DNA of 63,127 bases, the filler included, from Chrysochromulina tobinii (lineage: Eukaryota): NCBI GenBank assembly GCA_001275005.1. It is 8 parts of 8 records of this genome, joined end to end, with 100 filler letters (N's around TTAATTAATTAA, not from the genome) between each part and the next. Parts side by side here need not be neighbours in the genome. Positions count along the whole stretch, not along the records: positions 1 to 2,732 come from JWZX01000917.1; positions 2,833 to 19,804 come from JWZX01000918.1; 6 more parts are not named here. One strand, 5' to 3'. This document shows, piece by piece, positions 1-11,205 of this stretch. The position numbers and the translations under genes are program-made. Under the pieces are notes generated by a model that had not been told where the DNA came from, made no database searches, and saw only the letters and a program-made list of their open reading frames with translations. Position 1 is the stretch's first letter; the number at the start of each line of letters is the position of its first letter.

Positions 1-1
1 C

Positions 2-1947
2 CGCTTGCCGCGCCCGCTGCTTTTCGCGCTCGACGAGCTGCTCGGCGCTCAGCCCGCCGCCGTGGCGTGCGCACATTGTCGGAGCGGCGCCGCGGCAAAA
101 CTGGGCGAACGCGCAGCTGTAGCCCGGGTGCTCGCAGCGAGGCCCGTGCGCTGTGCACCGATGGCTCCCATCCGCGCGCGTGCCACCTTGCGCGCCCTTG
201 ACGCAGTCGGGAAAGTCGCAGCGAAGCCCACCGCCGTGCGCGATGCACCAGCTCCCATCCGCGCCCGCGCCACCTTGCGCGCTGTTGCCGCAGCCGGGAA
301 AGTCGCAGCGAAGCCCACCGCCGTGCGCTTTGCACCAGCTCCCATCCGCGCCCGTGCCACCAACCGCGCCCTTGACGCAGCCGGGAAAGTCGCAGCGAAG
401 CCCGCCGCCGTGCGCGGAGCACAGCCGGCTCCCATCCGCGCGCGTGCCACCAACCACGCCCTTGCCGCAGTCGGGAAAGTCGCAGCGAAGCCCGCCGCCG
501 TGCTTGCTGCACGTCGAGCCCACGCTCTGACGCTGTGCAGGGGTCGCGCAGCCTGGCTGGGCACACACATTCCGCCTTCTGGTAGGCTTCTGTTTGGTGT
601 CGGTGGGGGCGGAGCTCGACGCGCCGCCCAACGAGACGCTGGTCTCCGCCTTTGCCGCTGCCTTACCCCCAGCCTTGTCCCCAGCAGCCTGCCAACCAGC
701 GAATAGGGGCCGATTCGTGGTCGGAATCGGAGACCCATCGGCAACCACCGACCCGCACTCGGCACCGGCGTCATGCGACGGCGCGCGGCCGCCCGGAGCG
801 GCATGTGGCCGGACGGAGGCGGAGTGGCGGGAGCGGTGACGGAAGGGGCACGCGCTCTCGTGGTCGTCGAGCCGGCCGAGCTCGTACGGGATCTCGCAGT
901 GGGCGCAGGCTGCCATGGTGACGCGCGCCTTACCGAGCGCCGCTGCACCTCCCGACCACGCCGGCGCTAAACCGAGCGCCACTTCACCTCTCGACCACGT
1001 CGGCGTTAAACCGAGCGCCGTCATGGGCGACGGTGGGCGCGACAACAACGCGGCCCGTGAGGCGGCCGACGAGGTGTTGGCCGAGGTGGAGGGAGCGGCG
1101 CCGTCAAACGCTCCACCTGAGCACATGAGACGAGAGGAGCGCGAGCAAGGTGGGCGGGGCGCGGCGCAGCAAGTGTGTGCTGCGAGTATGCGGTGCGAGT
1201 ATGCGAGTATGCTATGCGGTGCGCATTCTATGAGCACATGAGTTCGAGCTTGGTTTGCGCCAGGTGCGTACCATTCGAGTCCGCTGCACATTCGAAGCAC
1301 GACGCGCCACCGCCGCTGCCGCCGCTCGCAGGCAGGCGTGCAAGCAGCTCGCTGAGCTCAGGCGGGCCGCCCAGCGCGCGGCAGAGCAAGCGCACGCAGT
1401 TGTCGAGCGAGGCGCGGTCGCTCAATTGCTCGGCGATCGATTCGACGGCTTGCGAGAGCTCGTCGCAGCCCTCTACAACGTAAGCGTAGCCGCCAGTGCG
1501 CGGGTAGGATGAGATCTCGAAGAGCGAAACGCTCACGGTGCCGCGCACCGCGCTGGTGCACACCTTGAAGGTCACCATGTCCTCCTCGTCGAGGCTGAAG
1601 TGGCTGAGCGCAGCCGAACCAAGCCCGTTCAGGGCCGACAGGTGCGCGCGGACCACAGGATTCTTGGCGGCGGAAGGCGCGGCGAGGGCGACGGGCGCGG
1701 CGAGGGCGGTGGTGGACGGCGTGGCGGGTGCGGCGAGGGCGATGGCTGGCGTGGAAGCCGCCTCGATGAGGCGCTGGCGCTTGCAGTCTAGTGCGGAGCC
1801 GGTGGACGCGGCGGAGGAGGATGCGGCGGCGGTGGCGGCTGCAAGAGACAAGGCTCTGGCATAGCACGGTCGATCGGCGGCGACGTCATTGTCGTCGTCG
1901 TCGGCGGCAGGACCTGCGGGCACATGCACAATCGCGCACGCCGTCAA
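2..1947 (-). CDS. Spliced gene (3'-partial) encoding a WRKY19-like C-x4-C...C-x2-HGGG zinc-finger repeat protein with an upstream CxxC-x9-H-x3-C finger
   Basis: A minus-strand frame absent from the ORF track is open from 1357 to the window start and reads CSKHGGGLRCDFPDCGKGVVGGTRADGSRLCSAHGGGLRCDFPGC... (about 4-5 repeats), preceded by CAHCEIPYELGRLDDHESACPF. A GTACGC...CAG intron at 1271..1117 joins it in frame to ORF 1228..1947. Confidence 0.75.
164..505. repeat. Coding tandem repeat, 87-90 bp unit, about 4 copies
   Basis: GCTCCCATCCGCGC recurs at 164, 251, 338 and 428; the unit encodes the HGGG zinc fingers on the minus strand. Confidence 0.9.
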
Positions 1948-2732
1948 GCAGCTGCAAAAGTGACACCGTCAAAACAGTCCAAAGTCACGCGGCGCGTGCG
2001 GGACGACTTTCGAGTGCGCAGGGTCGGTGGACTGACCCAATGTCAATTGGTGGTCCCCGAACAAGACAGGGCCACTCTCAGCCATCAAGGTCACCTTTCT
2101 GATGACTGGCCATAAGACGAGCGTCGGCGGCGTCTATGGCCGGCGGTCGGCGGCGGCAAAATCAGGCCGAGCACAGAGGGCTTGTGTGGGATTTCCTTTT
2201 TCACATCGCCTTCTTTTTAAGGTGAAAAACCACCACCCTGTCTGACGTAGAGCGGGTCGTGTTGGACCATCAACCCAAGCTCAAACTAGCGAAATTGAGT
2301 AGCCCGAGCGAGCGAGTACTGTCTCGAATCAGTACTTGTGTTGAACGAGGGGAGCGGAGCCGTCCTTTGAATATTGAAAGACGGTGATGGAGTGAGCGTG
2401 CAGCGTGGGGGGACCGCGACGAAACTGACTGACTGACTGGGGAAACTAGCTCACGGCATTAACAACTTTTCCCCTAACAAATCGAGTGACAAATGAGCAC
2501 CTTATATTATTATACTCCTCGGCAAGTTACCAAGTTTCATGTACGGGCGATTCCTTCGAACAGCGGTCCACCGGCTCAGCTAGACTCGCCGAGCTTATCC
2601 ATTGATGGCCGCCGCCCGACCACCGCCGCCTCGTCCGCGTCCGCCGCGCCCTCCAGCGCCGCGTCCTCCCGCGGCGGCACGTCCACCCGCGGCGCGTCCT
2701 CCCGCGCCACGAGTTCCGCCGCTTCGTGGCGC

Positions 2733-2832
2733 NNNNNNNNNNNNNNNNNNNNNNNNNNNNNNNNNNNNNNNNNNNNTTAATTAATTAANNNNNNNNNNNN
2801 NNNNNNNNNNNNNNNNNNNNNNNNNNNNNNNN
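2733..2832. other. Artificial contig linker (N44-TTAATTAATTAA-N44); identical linkers at 19805-19904, 35836-35935, 40506-40605, 53950-54049, 57003-57102 and 60097-60196
   Basis: Seven identical 100-nt spacers, each carrying stop codons in all six frames. Confidence 0.97.
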
Positions 2833-2894
2833 ATACGGCGCCTCGCGAGCACGCAGCCGAGCGTGAGCGCTACCTTGGCCAGCAGAGCCTGCCG

Positions 2895-4373
2895 GTGGAG
2901 CGCTACCACCAGCTGCTGCCGCCGCCGCCGCCGCCGCTGTCGCCCCGGACATCCCCGCTCCGACGCGAGGTGGCCCCGGCGCCGGCGCTGCCCCAAGCGA
3001 GCGTCGTCACGAGCGCACCGACGCCAACCGCCGCGCCGCAGCAGCTCCAGCAGCAGTTGACGGCGGCGCAGCAGCATCTTCTGCTCCAGCAGCTCCAGCA
3101 GCTGCAGCACCTCCAGCAGCTCCAGCAGCAGCAGCACCAGCAAATGCAGCAAATGCAGCAGATGCAGCACATGCAGCAGCACATGCACACGCACACGCCG
3201 CCGCCGCCGCCGCCGCCGGCCCAGGCACCTTCTTCGCAGCCGGCCCAGTCGCCTCCGCAGCCTGCCCAGTCGCAGCAGCAATGGCTGCAGCAGTTTCGTC
3301 AGCGCTCGGACCTCCAGGCGCAGCAACAGCGCCAGCAGCGTTCCGAGCGCCTCGCGCGCCAGCAGAGCCGCCGGCAGCCCTCAGCGGCCCCCGGCCGGCA
3401 GGCACCCCCTCCCCCCTACGCCCCCGCCGGGCAGCCCTCCACAGCGCCCCCCGGCCGGACGCAATCACAGCCGCAGCCACAGACGCAGCAGCCGCAGCCG
3501 CAGCCGCAGCCGCAGCCGCAGCAGCCACCGCAGCCGCCGCCGCTGCACGCCACGGCTCACATGCTGCCACTGCCACCGCGTCCGAAGCTCGCACAGCCGA
3601 GCACCCAGCGCAGCAAATCCGCACCTGACGAAACTGCACCTGACGAAACCTTCGTCAGCAAATCCGCACCCAAGCTGCCTTGCATGCAAGCGCTCACCAC
3701 AGCGCGACGCAGCAAATCCGCACCCAAGCGCACTGGCGCGCCTGCTGCGGCGGCTGCAACGGCTGCGGCTGGCACGCGTATGCCTCTCTCCTCTCTCTCC
3801 GTTTCGTTTGCCAACGACGCCGCCGCTGCGGCTCCGGGCGCTAGGGGGACTCCGCGCAAGGGTGTCGTGGCGACATCTCAAGGCTCGACATCTCAAGGCA
3901 CCAGCGCGCTCTGTGCGGCGGAGAAGGAGGCGGAGGCGAGGGCGGTGGGGAGGGCGGGAGCGACGAGGGCGATGGCGACGGCGGTGGCAGCCCCGGCGAT
4001 GGTGGCGACGGCGGCGACGGCGGTGGCAGTGGCGGCGACGGCGGTGGCGGCGACGGCGGCGGACGATGCGACTATGCGCGAGCGCCCGCCGCCTGCCTCA
4101 CCCTCCAGGCTGACCTATACCAACGCGCCCCTCTCCGACAGCACCCTCGGCACCATCCCCGAGGTGTCCACCGACATAGGCTCCATACTGGGTGCGAGTA
4201 CGCGGCGGGCTCCGGCGGCACCAGCGCCAACGACGGGCAGCGCGGGCGGTGCGGGCGGTTCGGGCGGTACGAGCGGGCAGGGAAATGACGCGAAGATCCA
4301 GCAGCTGATCTCGACGTGCTCGTATTGGGCCTCGGTGCTTCAGGCGGCGCAGGCGGGGCAGGTGGCCTCGTGA
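2895..4373 (+). CDS. Low-complexity Gln/Pro/Ala-rich hypothetical protein (probably 5'-partial)
   Basis: 492-aa ORF next to the gap, with polyQ/polyP tracts and repeated RSKSAP motifs; no recognisable domain. Confidence 0.5.
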   Translation: MERYHQLLPPPPPPLSPRTSPLRREVAPAPALPQASVVTSAPTPTAAPQQLQQQLTAAQQHLLLQQLQQLQHLQQLQQQQHQQMQQMQQMQHMQQHMHTHTPPPPPPPAQAPSSQPAQSPPQPAQSQQQWLQQFRQRSDLQAQQQRQQRSERLARQQSRRQPSAAPGRQAPPPPYAPAGQPSTAPPGRTQSQPQPQTQQPQPQPQPQPQQPPQPPPLHATAHMLPLPPRPKLAQPSTQRSKSAPDETAPDETFVSKSAPKLPCMQALTTARRSKSAPKRTGAPAAAAATAAAGTRMPLSSLSVSFANDAAAAAPGARGTPRKGVVATSQGSTSQGTSALCAAEKEAEARAVGRAGATRAMATAVAAPAMVATAATAVAVAATAVAATAADDATMRERPPPASPSRLTYTNAPLSDSTLGTIPEVSTDIGSILGASTRRAPAAPAPTTGSAGGAGGSGGTSGQGNDAKIQQLISTCSYWASVLQAAQAGQVAS

Positions 4374-5749
4374 TGACAGGTGGCCTCGTGACGGCGCTCG
4401 TGACGGCGCTCGAGGAGCGCTCGGCGGGGGGATCGGGGGCGGCGGAGTTGGCGCCTGAGCGCCGTCACGAGCGCCTGAGCGCCGTCACGAGCGCTTGAGC
4501 GCCGTCCTGGTGGACAGATTGGGAGCTCACGGGCGGGGGCTCGTCAAGCTTCGTCAAGCTGCGGTCGCTCGCAGCCCGAGGGACGCGAGATGTGTGGCGA
4601 GATGTGTGGTGCATTAGGGTGACTGGATGGCCAATGGGGGTGGACCTCATCTGGCGTCCTCCGCGATTCGATGCGGTGGGAGCTGTGTCGGTTGACCAAG
4701 GGTCCGGCGCGTGGGATAGCCGGGGCATGCTGCGGGGCACGTGGAGCGGCGTCACACGCCTCACGTCCCTAAACTGACGCTTCCGGATGTGCCTGGCCCT
4801 GGGGTGTGCATGACGCATGTCGGTGACGGTCCCCAGACCCCACATCGGTGACCAACACATGTGGATTTGCGGGATGGGGGCGCGGATGCAGTAGCTGCGA
4901 CCGTCGGGACTGTGCGGTTATGCGTGTACAGCTGGTCTCCTGCCGTGAAGCGTGACCGTGTCCGTGAGGGTGAGCGCGCGCGAGGACCGCGAAGGGAAAG
5001 CTAACTAGGCGAGGCGCGAGGAGGTCGACCCTGGCGGCCTAGCCGCGGCGCAACGCGACGTGGAGGGGCTTGTCGAGGTAGAGGGCGAAGGCGCCATGGG
5101 CGCGGACTTTGTTGCGCACGTGGTCGTGCCCGACCAGACTTCGACCAGACGGCCACATCGAGCAGCAGGCCGTCCTCGCGCGGCGCAAGCAGGCACAGCT
5201 CGATCTCGGATCTGCTCAGACACTGCACACTGGCGGTGGCGGTGCATCGAGCGAGCCGCCGGCCGAGGTGCAACAGGTTCACCTGAGTGAGGTGCGCCGG
5301 CTGCCGCCAAGCTGGTGACGAGGACAGACCGCTGTGTCATCTTTTATAACCATAATTTTGGTTCCTTTACGGCCCAAATACGCGAGGTCGAAGCAGGTCC
5401 CGGGACCGGAGCCGGTTCGGGAGATTGGAGCTAAGTATGGAGAGACACCGCGCATTCTCAATTCTGCAAACCATACTTAGTGCCGTTCGACGCGGCGGCT
5501 TTCGACTCGCGGCGGACCCCTCGGGACGTTTTACCTACGAACCGCCCACACGGTACACAGTCACTGAGCGTGAGCGAGCCGAGCAGCCGAGGCACGACGC
5601 CGAGCCCCCGAGCGCACGTGGCGCTGTGTCGCGGCTCGCGCACCGGGGCCCACTGAGCACGCGCTGGGGCCCGAAGGGGGACACACACACGGCAGGAGAC
5701 GCAGGACGGCGAGGGTCGTCCTAAGCAGTGCACGCCAAGGGCGTGCCGC

Positions 5750-7234
5750 TCACCCGGACGGCCACGACAGCGGTTCAGGTCCGAAGGGGTAGCCTAACAA
5801 CTTTTTTTTCCCACTCGCACGAGCCCCATCGGCTTCTTTAGCAGCCGTGCCGGTGATGATGGCAACAGCCGTGCCCGTGACGACTAATGGGGGCCGTGCC
5901 ATTTCCACGCTCTCGCTAATGGCCAGATTGGTTCCAACCGGAGTCCAACCGGTCTGAGCTGAACGTCCCTTGCGCGAACAATACACGAGGAGGATGAGAA
6001 TTGCGCAAAGATTGGAGATCATCAACAGAAGTACCACAGCTCCGAATGCGGGTGATTGGGCTGAATACCAGACGGGCGGTGGTGGCGGTGGTGACGGTGG
6101 CGACGGCGGTGAGGGTGAGGGCGGAGGTGGCGGACGTGGCGGAGGCGAGGGCGCCCACCACAGCCCGTACTTACCGAGCAATGCATTCGTCCGATCTTGG
6201 TATCCACCTAGACAGTAAAAATTCCCATGGCCAGACAACCTGCAAAAGTTTATACATCTGTTGGCGCCTTCGATGTTATCCTTCGGCACTACATAGTAAC
6301 AGCTCCTTCCCCAACTTGGTCCGCGACATTCTTGAAAAACTGGGTCCTTGAGGAAGCAAGCGATGACTGAGAACCGACTTGCGTAGTACGCAATGTCGTG
6401 CTGCAATTGCACGGCAAAGGCACGTCGCTTTTCCAGATCGGTTTCCTTGCTGTGACTAGCCAGATACGAGGGCACGTACTTTGAGATCGGGGCGTGCGCT
6501 TCCTGCAGGGCGCGCGCTCGAGCCAGCAGAAGCATTCGAGCCAGCGAATTCGAGCCTCCCGCGAATCCTGAGGCGTACAGCAGATGCAAACCTTGTTCGA
6601 TGTCAGGGTCGATTCTTTCGTCGCAATTCGGACCGCCCCAATCTGCTGCGCACGTGTTGCACTTGTCGGTCGGATCCCAGTTGCCCTCGCAGGCGCACCT
6701 GTCCCGATACCAGCCGTAGGGCCCACTGCACTGCCCATTTTGGCCGGACCAACTGTTTCCCGCGACGACGCCCAATGCATCTCCAGGGAGCGCCGTGCAT
6801 GAGGGAACGCAGAATGCCGTGTGATTGCCACATTCACAATGATGCTCATCTAGGCGAGTCGAAATTCGACCTGTCCCCACACAGAGCGTGTCTGATTGCT
6901 GACAGTAAGGCGGCGCAGTCGTGCCGCCGCAGGGCCTCCCATGACATTGCTCAATTACATGAGAACAGTTCGACTGAGGCGTCACAAAATAAGTCGTAAT
7001 TTGCGTATCGTATCTTGTAGTAGCACTGAACGGCGTCGCTCTGGTCAAGTTGGCCCAGGTGGTCCACATGTCGGTACCGGTAGGTCGAATCGTCCTCATA
7101 GCTGCGTCCATACCTTGCCCGGTCAATTGACTTTGCCAAGTCCATTCTGACCAGCCAAAGGATGGATATATACCAGAGCCTCCGGACAATGTCCACGAGG
7201 AGGGCGAGACGCAGACGCGTGCCACGTATGCCAT
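5750..7234 (-). CDS. Cys-rich EGF-like single-pass membrane protein with Pro-rich stalk
   Basis: Contains CACEGNWDPTDKCNTCAADWGGPNCD (laminin/EGF-like), a PPPSP stalk and the TM segment AFGAVVLLLMISNLCAILILLVYC. ATG at 7234 is the likely start. Confidence 0.6.
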   Translation of the reverse strand: MAYVARVCVSPSSWTLSGGSGIYPSFGWSEWTWQSQLTGQGMDAAMRTIRPTGTDMWTTWANLTRATPFSATTRYDTQITTYFVTPQSNCSHVIEQCHGRPCGGTTAPPYCQQSDTLCVGTGRISTRLDEHHCECGNHTAFCVPSCTALPGDALGVVAGNSWSGQNGQCSGPYGWYRDRCACEGNWDPTDKCNTCAADWGGPNCDERIDPDIEQGLHLLYASGFAGGSNSLARMLLLARARALQEAHAPISKYVPSYLASHSKETDLEKRRAFAVQLQHDIAYYASRFSVIACFLKDPVFQECRGPSWGRSCYYVVPKDNIEGANRCINFCRLSGHGNFYCLGGYQDRTNALLGKYGLWWAPSPPPRPPPPPSPSPPSPPSPPPPPPVWYSAQSPAFGAVVLLLMISNLCAILILLVYCSRKGRSAQTGWTPVGTNLAISESVEMARPPLVVTGTAVAIITGTAAKEADGARASGKKKLLGYPFGPEPLSWPSG

Positions 7235-7607
7235 CCGCGGAGGGGCAACCCGGCTGGCTCGCTCCCGGGGACTTTTTACTATTGTAGGGGCCTGCCTCCT
7301 ATTCTGTGATCGGTACGGATACACATGTAAAAAGACACCGTGATCGGTAAAAAGACACCGGGGGGAGCCGGGACACACACGGGACACGCGGACGCACAAA
7401 GGCACACGGACCGCACAGACGAACCTCACACACGGTACTGTGAATGGCCCCACGAAGGGGACCCCTGGAAAATGGGAAGGAGCACACCTTTATAGGGGTG
7501 GCTGTAAAGGTGTGGCTGTAAAGGTGTCGAAAAGTCAAAGTACATTTAGCGTGGTTTGAAGTCATGAAATTCCCCACAGCTTTTCGCGCCCTTTTCCAAT
7601 TCCTTTC

Positions 7608-9219
7608 ATGTCTAGCATCCTGAAGACATTTTCGGACGATGATGAGGATGCCGAGGTTTCTTCTCTGGCGCATCAAGCGGAGCAGCCAGTGCCAGCGCTA
7701 CCTCCGATGCTACCGGCACCGCAGCCGTGTCTAGCAACCCGTGAACCGAAAGATGGAGCCGAGGTGACAGACTTCATTGATCCGGAAATAGACACTGCGA
7801 GCTCCATCTACCACGGCGAATTAGCTTGGTGCGGACTTCCTCGGAAGGGGAGCAAGGCACGGCCACTGGCACACGGCAAGGGTATTCTCACGCTCAGCAA
7901 CGGCAGCAAGTACGAGGGCTCGTTTCAGCGGGGCCAGAGGCACGGCTACGGAAGGTGGGCCACGGACGATGGCGATGTCTACGAAGGCGATTGGCGCGAG
8001 GATGAGGTGACTGGGGCCGGCACGCTCAACTTCGGTGCTGGTGGGTCCTACAAAGGCGAGTGGGTGCACGGCTATCCGAACGGGCAAGGCACCAAGGAGG
8101 AATGCGACGGCACCAAGTACGTCGGCCAATTCCTCAACGATCGCCGCCACGGATGGGGCAAGCTTTACGACCCGCACGGTGCGCTCGTCCGCGAGGGTGA
8201 CTGGAAGGACGGCAGAGAGTACAACCCGCCGCCGAAGCCTGCCTCAAAGAAGAGGGAGTACAAATTTGTCGGCAGGGTACGCCCCAAAAGCCCGAACACC
8301 CTCCCGTGCACACATGTCCTTTCTCGGAGCTCATACGCCCGCTGAATGAACTCATGCGGCGCAGCTCGACGATATGGGCGATTACTATGTGCTGGTCGCC
8401 AAGGAGAATGAGACAATCGGTCAAATGGCCAAGGAGCTCGACCGCGGGTGCTCGCCCGAGGAGCTCATCGAATTCAACGCGAAGAACCTCCCATGTCTGA
8501 CGAGCAAGTCCAAGTTCAGGACCGGGTGCGAGGTCCGGTTGCCAACACTGAGCTGCGCCTACTACCTGGCCGACGCCAGGGTAGCCAAGGCAGAGACCGA
8601 GGCTGAGGCAAGGGTGGGCGACGCCCATCGTGAGATGGAGGTGGCCAAAGCAGAGGCAGCAAACGCCAAGGCCGAGGCGGCGAACGCCAAAGCAGAGGCG
8701 GCGAATGCCAAGGCCGAGGCGGCAGCAGCAAAGGCCGAGGCCAAGGCCCTCAAGGGGGCATCGGAGCAGGCGACCACCTCTTCGGAGGCGACCACCGCGG
8801 CCGTCGGCTCCAAGCACCAGCCACGACGGCCAGCGGAGGCCGAGGTGGAGGCTGACGTGGAGGATGAGGCGCCGAATGCGTCCGCCATGGTGGCCAGGCT
8901 GACGCAGCTGGACGACGCAGTGAGCAAGGAGCAGGCTAAGTTCAGCCAAGGCCGTGCGCAGATCGATGCTGTGCGCGATGGCCCGCTCGCCTCGGCGGTG
9001 GCACTGATGATCCCAGAGATGGAGAGCGCGCTCCAAAAGGTCCGAGAGGAGCTCGAGCGGCGCGACGGCATCAAACGCGCGCTGCTGCAAGCGCAGCAGG
9101 AGCACCACGCGGCCACTGAGGCAGAGCAGGTAGTGAAACGGCGGCGGCTGTCTGCCCAGACAGCGCTCATGGCGGCATGGCATGCGTCGAGTGCATGTAA
9201 AATATACAAAGACGACTAA
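7608..9219 (+). CDS. MORN-repeat / LysM-like / coiled-coil protein (2 exons: 7608-8276, 8365-9219)
   Basis: MORN repeats (YEGSFQRGQRHGYG, YKGEWVHGYPNGQG). A phase-0 GTACGC...GCAG intron at 8277-8364 joins ORF 8374..9219 in frame; that ORF begins with LysM-like VAKENETIGQMAKEL...EELIEFN...FRTGCEVRLP. Confidence 0.75.
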
Positions 9220-9508
9220 GTGTGTCTGCGGACCCGGTGAGTCTGTTATGACTTATGTTCTGTTATGTGAATGACATTATGAATGGTGAATGACATAATA
9301 GATAATATGCCGCGTATCGCGTATAAACTTACTGAAAAGACCGCGTTGAACGTGAGAAGACAAGTCCGAGAGTCCCAAGATGTCAGATCGTCGAGGATAC
9401 TTAGACTTAAGCTCTTAAGGCGCGCACGCACCCACCATGTTGACACCCACATCGCGCACACGAACCCACCACAGCTATGAGCTAAGAGCTTTCCAATGAC
9501 GATGTCCT

Positions 9509-11014
9509 TCATTCTCTCTGCGCGACGGCGAGGCATACGTCGAGATGCGAATTGATCGCACTCAGAGGGATGCTTGCGCCACACACGGGGCAGGTCGCCA
9601 GGGAGCAGGAGCGTTCCGCGGCGCGCTGCTGCGCTTCCACCCGTGGTGGCGACGGCGCGGCTGCAGCTCGATCTGATCCCGCCGTGGGAGTGACGAAACC
9701 CAAAGGGGGCGTGGGAGTGACGAAACCCAAAGGGGGCGTGGGAGTGACGAAACCCAAAGGGGGCGTGGGAGTGACGAAACCCAAAGGGGCCGCCTTGCGC
9801 ACGAACTGTAGAAGTGAGGGCTGGCCTGGCTCAGCGCGCTTGCGCTTTGCGGCCGCACCCGTCGCCGAACCCGATGCCCCGCTGTCGGCATACACGAGCA
9901 CGAGCACCAGACGGCTCACCCGAAAGGGCTGGGTGCCGACTGCAGCCTCGAAAGTGCGCGTGGCGAGCGCCGCGATGGCGTGCGCATCCTCATTCTTCGC
10001 GGGCGGCCAAGCCACCTGAGCCTGACGGACTTCCTTCGCGCTCGGGAAGAGTTTCCATTTGACCACGAGCTGCGCGGGCCGGCGCGGGCCGTACGTGGCC
10101 ACGTCATCCTCCGCGCGGGAGAGGAGCATGGGCGCAAGATGCACGAATCCATGATGCACGTGCTCCAGCCTGGTGGCGGGCTCGTGATCAGTCGGCCGTA
10201 CGGAGCACTCCACAGAGAGGCTACGCGGCAGCTGGAATCGACTTACGGTGCTGCCGTCGCACGCCGTGCTGAGCAACGAGCCGAGCGCCTCCGCCTCGGG
10301 CGCGCCGAGAGCGGCGGCAGCGCCGTGCGCCTCCTCCTCAAGCCATGCGCGCGCCTGAGCGAGCGTCGCCGCCTCGCCGAGGACGTGCTGCAAGCCGAGG
10401 CGCGTCGAAGGACGGAGCCCGTGCAGCCCGGCACCGCAGATCTTGTCGACTCTTGCCGCGTCGAGCAGTGCCCTCTCCGGTGCGGCGCCCACGCAGCAGT
10501 ACATGCCGTTGGGCTTGGCGTGCTTCGTCGCGAGCATAGAGAGCAGCTTTGTCCGAGCGAGGCCGACAGAGCAGCGCAGCCCAGTCGCTTGCAGCACCGC
10601 TGCTCGAAGCTCGTGAGCCCACGCCGTGGCAGCCTCCACTGAGGCCAACCGCTCCGGTAGCTGGACGAAAAAATCATCAAAGGAAGAACGCTCGACTTGA
10701 CGGCCCAGCCAGCTGGTGGCTGGCAGGCCGGGCGGGTCGAGTGAATGCATGACGCACGTGAGCACCGCCTGCCCAGCGCTTCGGTACCGCTGCATGGCAT
10801 TGACGCCATTGTCCCCGCGAACTAGGACCAGGTCAGGGCAAAGGCGCTTTCCCTCCGCCACCGAGATCCTGTTGTACAACCCAAATGCGCGCGCCTCGTA
10901 GTTGACTGCTGCGATCTCCATATTCTGTTGGACGCCAAGCGGACGGCCACGCACTGAAAGCCGCACCTCTTCGACTTGCGCGAAGAAGCAATCGACGTCC
11001 AGGTGGGCGATCAT
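9509..11014 (-). CDS. Y-family translesion DNA polymerase, Pol iota-like, with C-terminal UBZ4-type zinc finger
   Basis: Motifs MIAHLDVDCFFAQVE, PLGVQQ, VNYEAR, CPDLVLVRG, VERSSFDDFFV and CSVGLARTKLLSMLATKHAKPNG; C-terminal CPVCGASIPLSAINSHLDVCL. Confidence 0.9.
   Translation of the reverse strand: MIAHLDVDCFFAQVEEVRLSVRGRPLGVQQNMEIAAVNYEARAFGLYNRISVAEGKRLCPDLVLVRGDNGVNAMQRYRSAGQAVLTCVMHSLDPPGLPATSWLGRQVERSSFDDFFVQLPERLASVEAATAWAHELRAAVLQATGLRCSVGLARTKLLSMLATKHAKPNGMYCCVGAAPERALLDAARVDKICGAGLHGLRPSTRLGLQHVLGEAATLAQARAWLEEEAHGAAAALGAPEAEALGSLLSTACDGSTVSRFQLPRSLSVECSVRPTDHEPATRLEHVHHGFVHLAPMLLSRAEDDVATYGPRRPAQLVVKWKLFPSAKEVRQAQVAWPPAKNEDAHAIAALATRTFEAAVGTQPFRVSRLVLVLVYADSGASGSATGAAAKRKRAEPGQPSLLQFVRKAAPLGFVTPTPPLGFVTPTPPLGFVTPTPPLGFVTPTAGSDRAAAAPSPPRVEAQQRAAERSCSLATCPVCGASIPLSAINSHLDVCLAVAQRE
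9683..9790. repeat. 27-bp tandem repeat x4 encoding PPLGFVTPT within the polymerase linker
   Basis: GTGGGAGTGACGAAACCCAAAGGGGGC repeated. Confidence 0.9.
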
Positions 11015-11205
11015 ATTCGCGAGACTCAGGACGCCATTTTTCGGCGATCGTGCGACGAAACACCAAGCAGTGCATTTCACACCAACCTGTAGGCGTTCAC
11101 ACAACAGGCGGCAACGGTCCTACCACAAGGTCCTCTCTTAGGTTACCGTTTGCAGACATAATTTAAATTCACAGTTCAGTGCTGTAACTTTTCTCCCCCA
11201 ACAAA

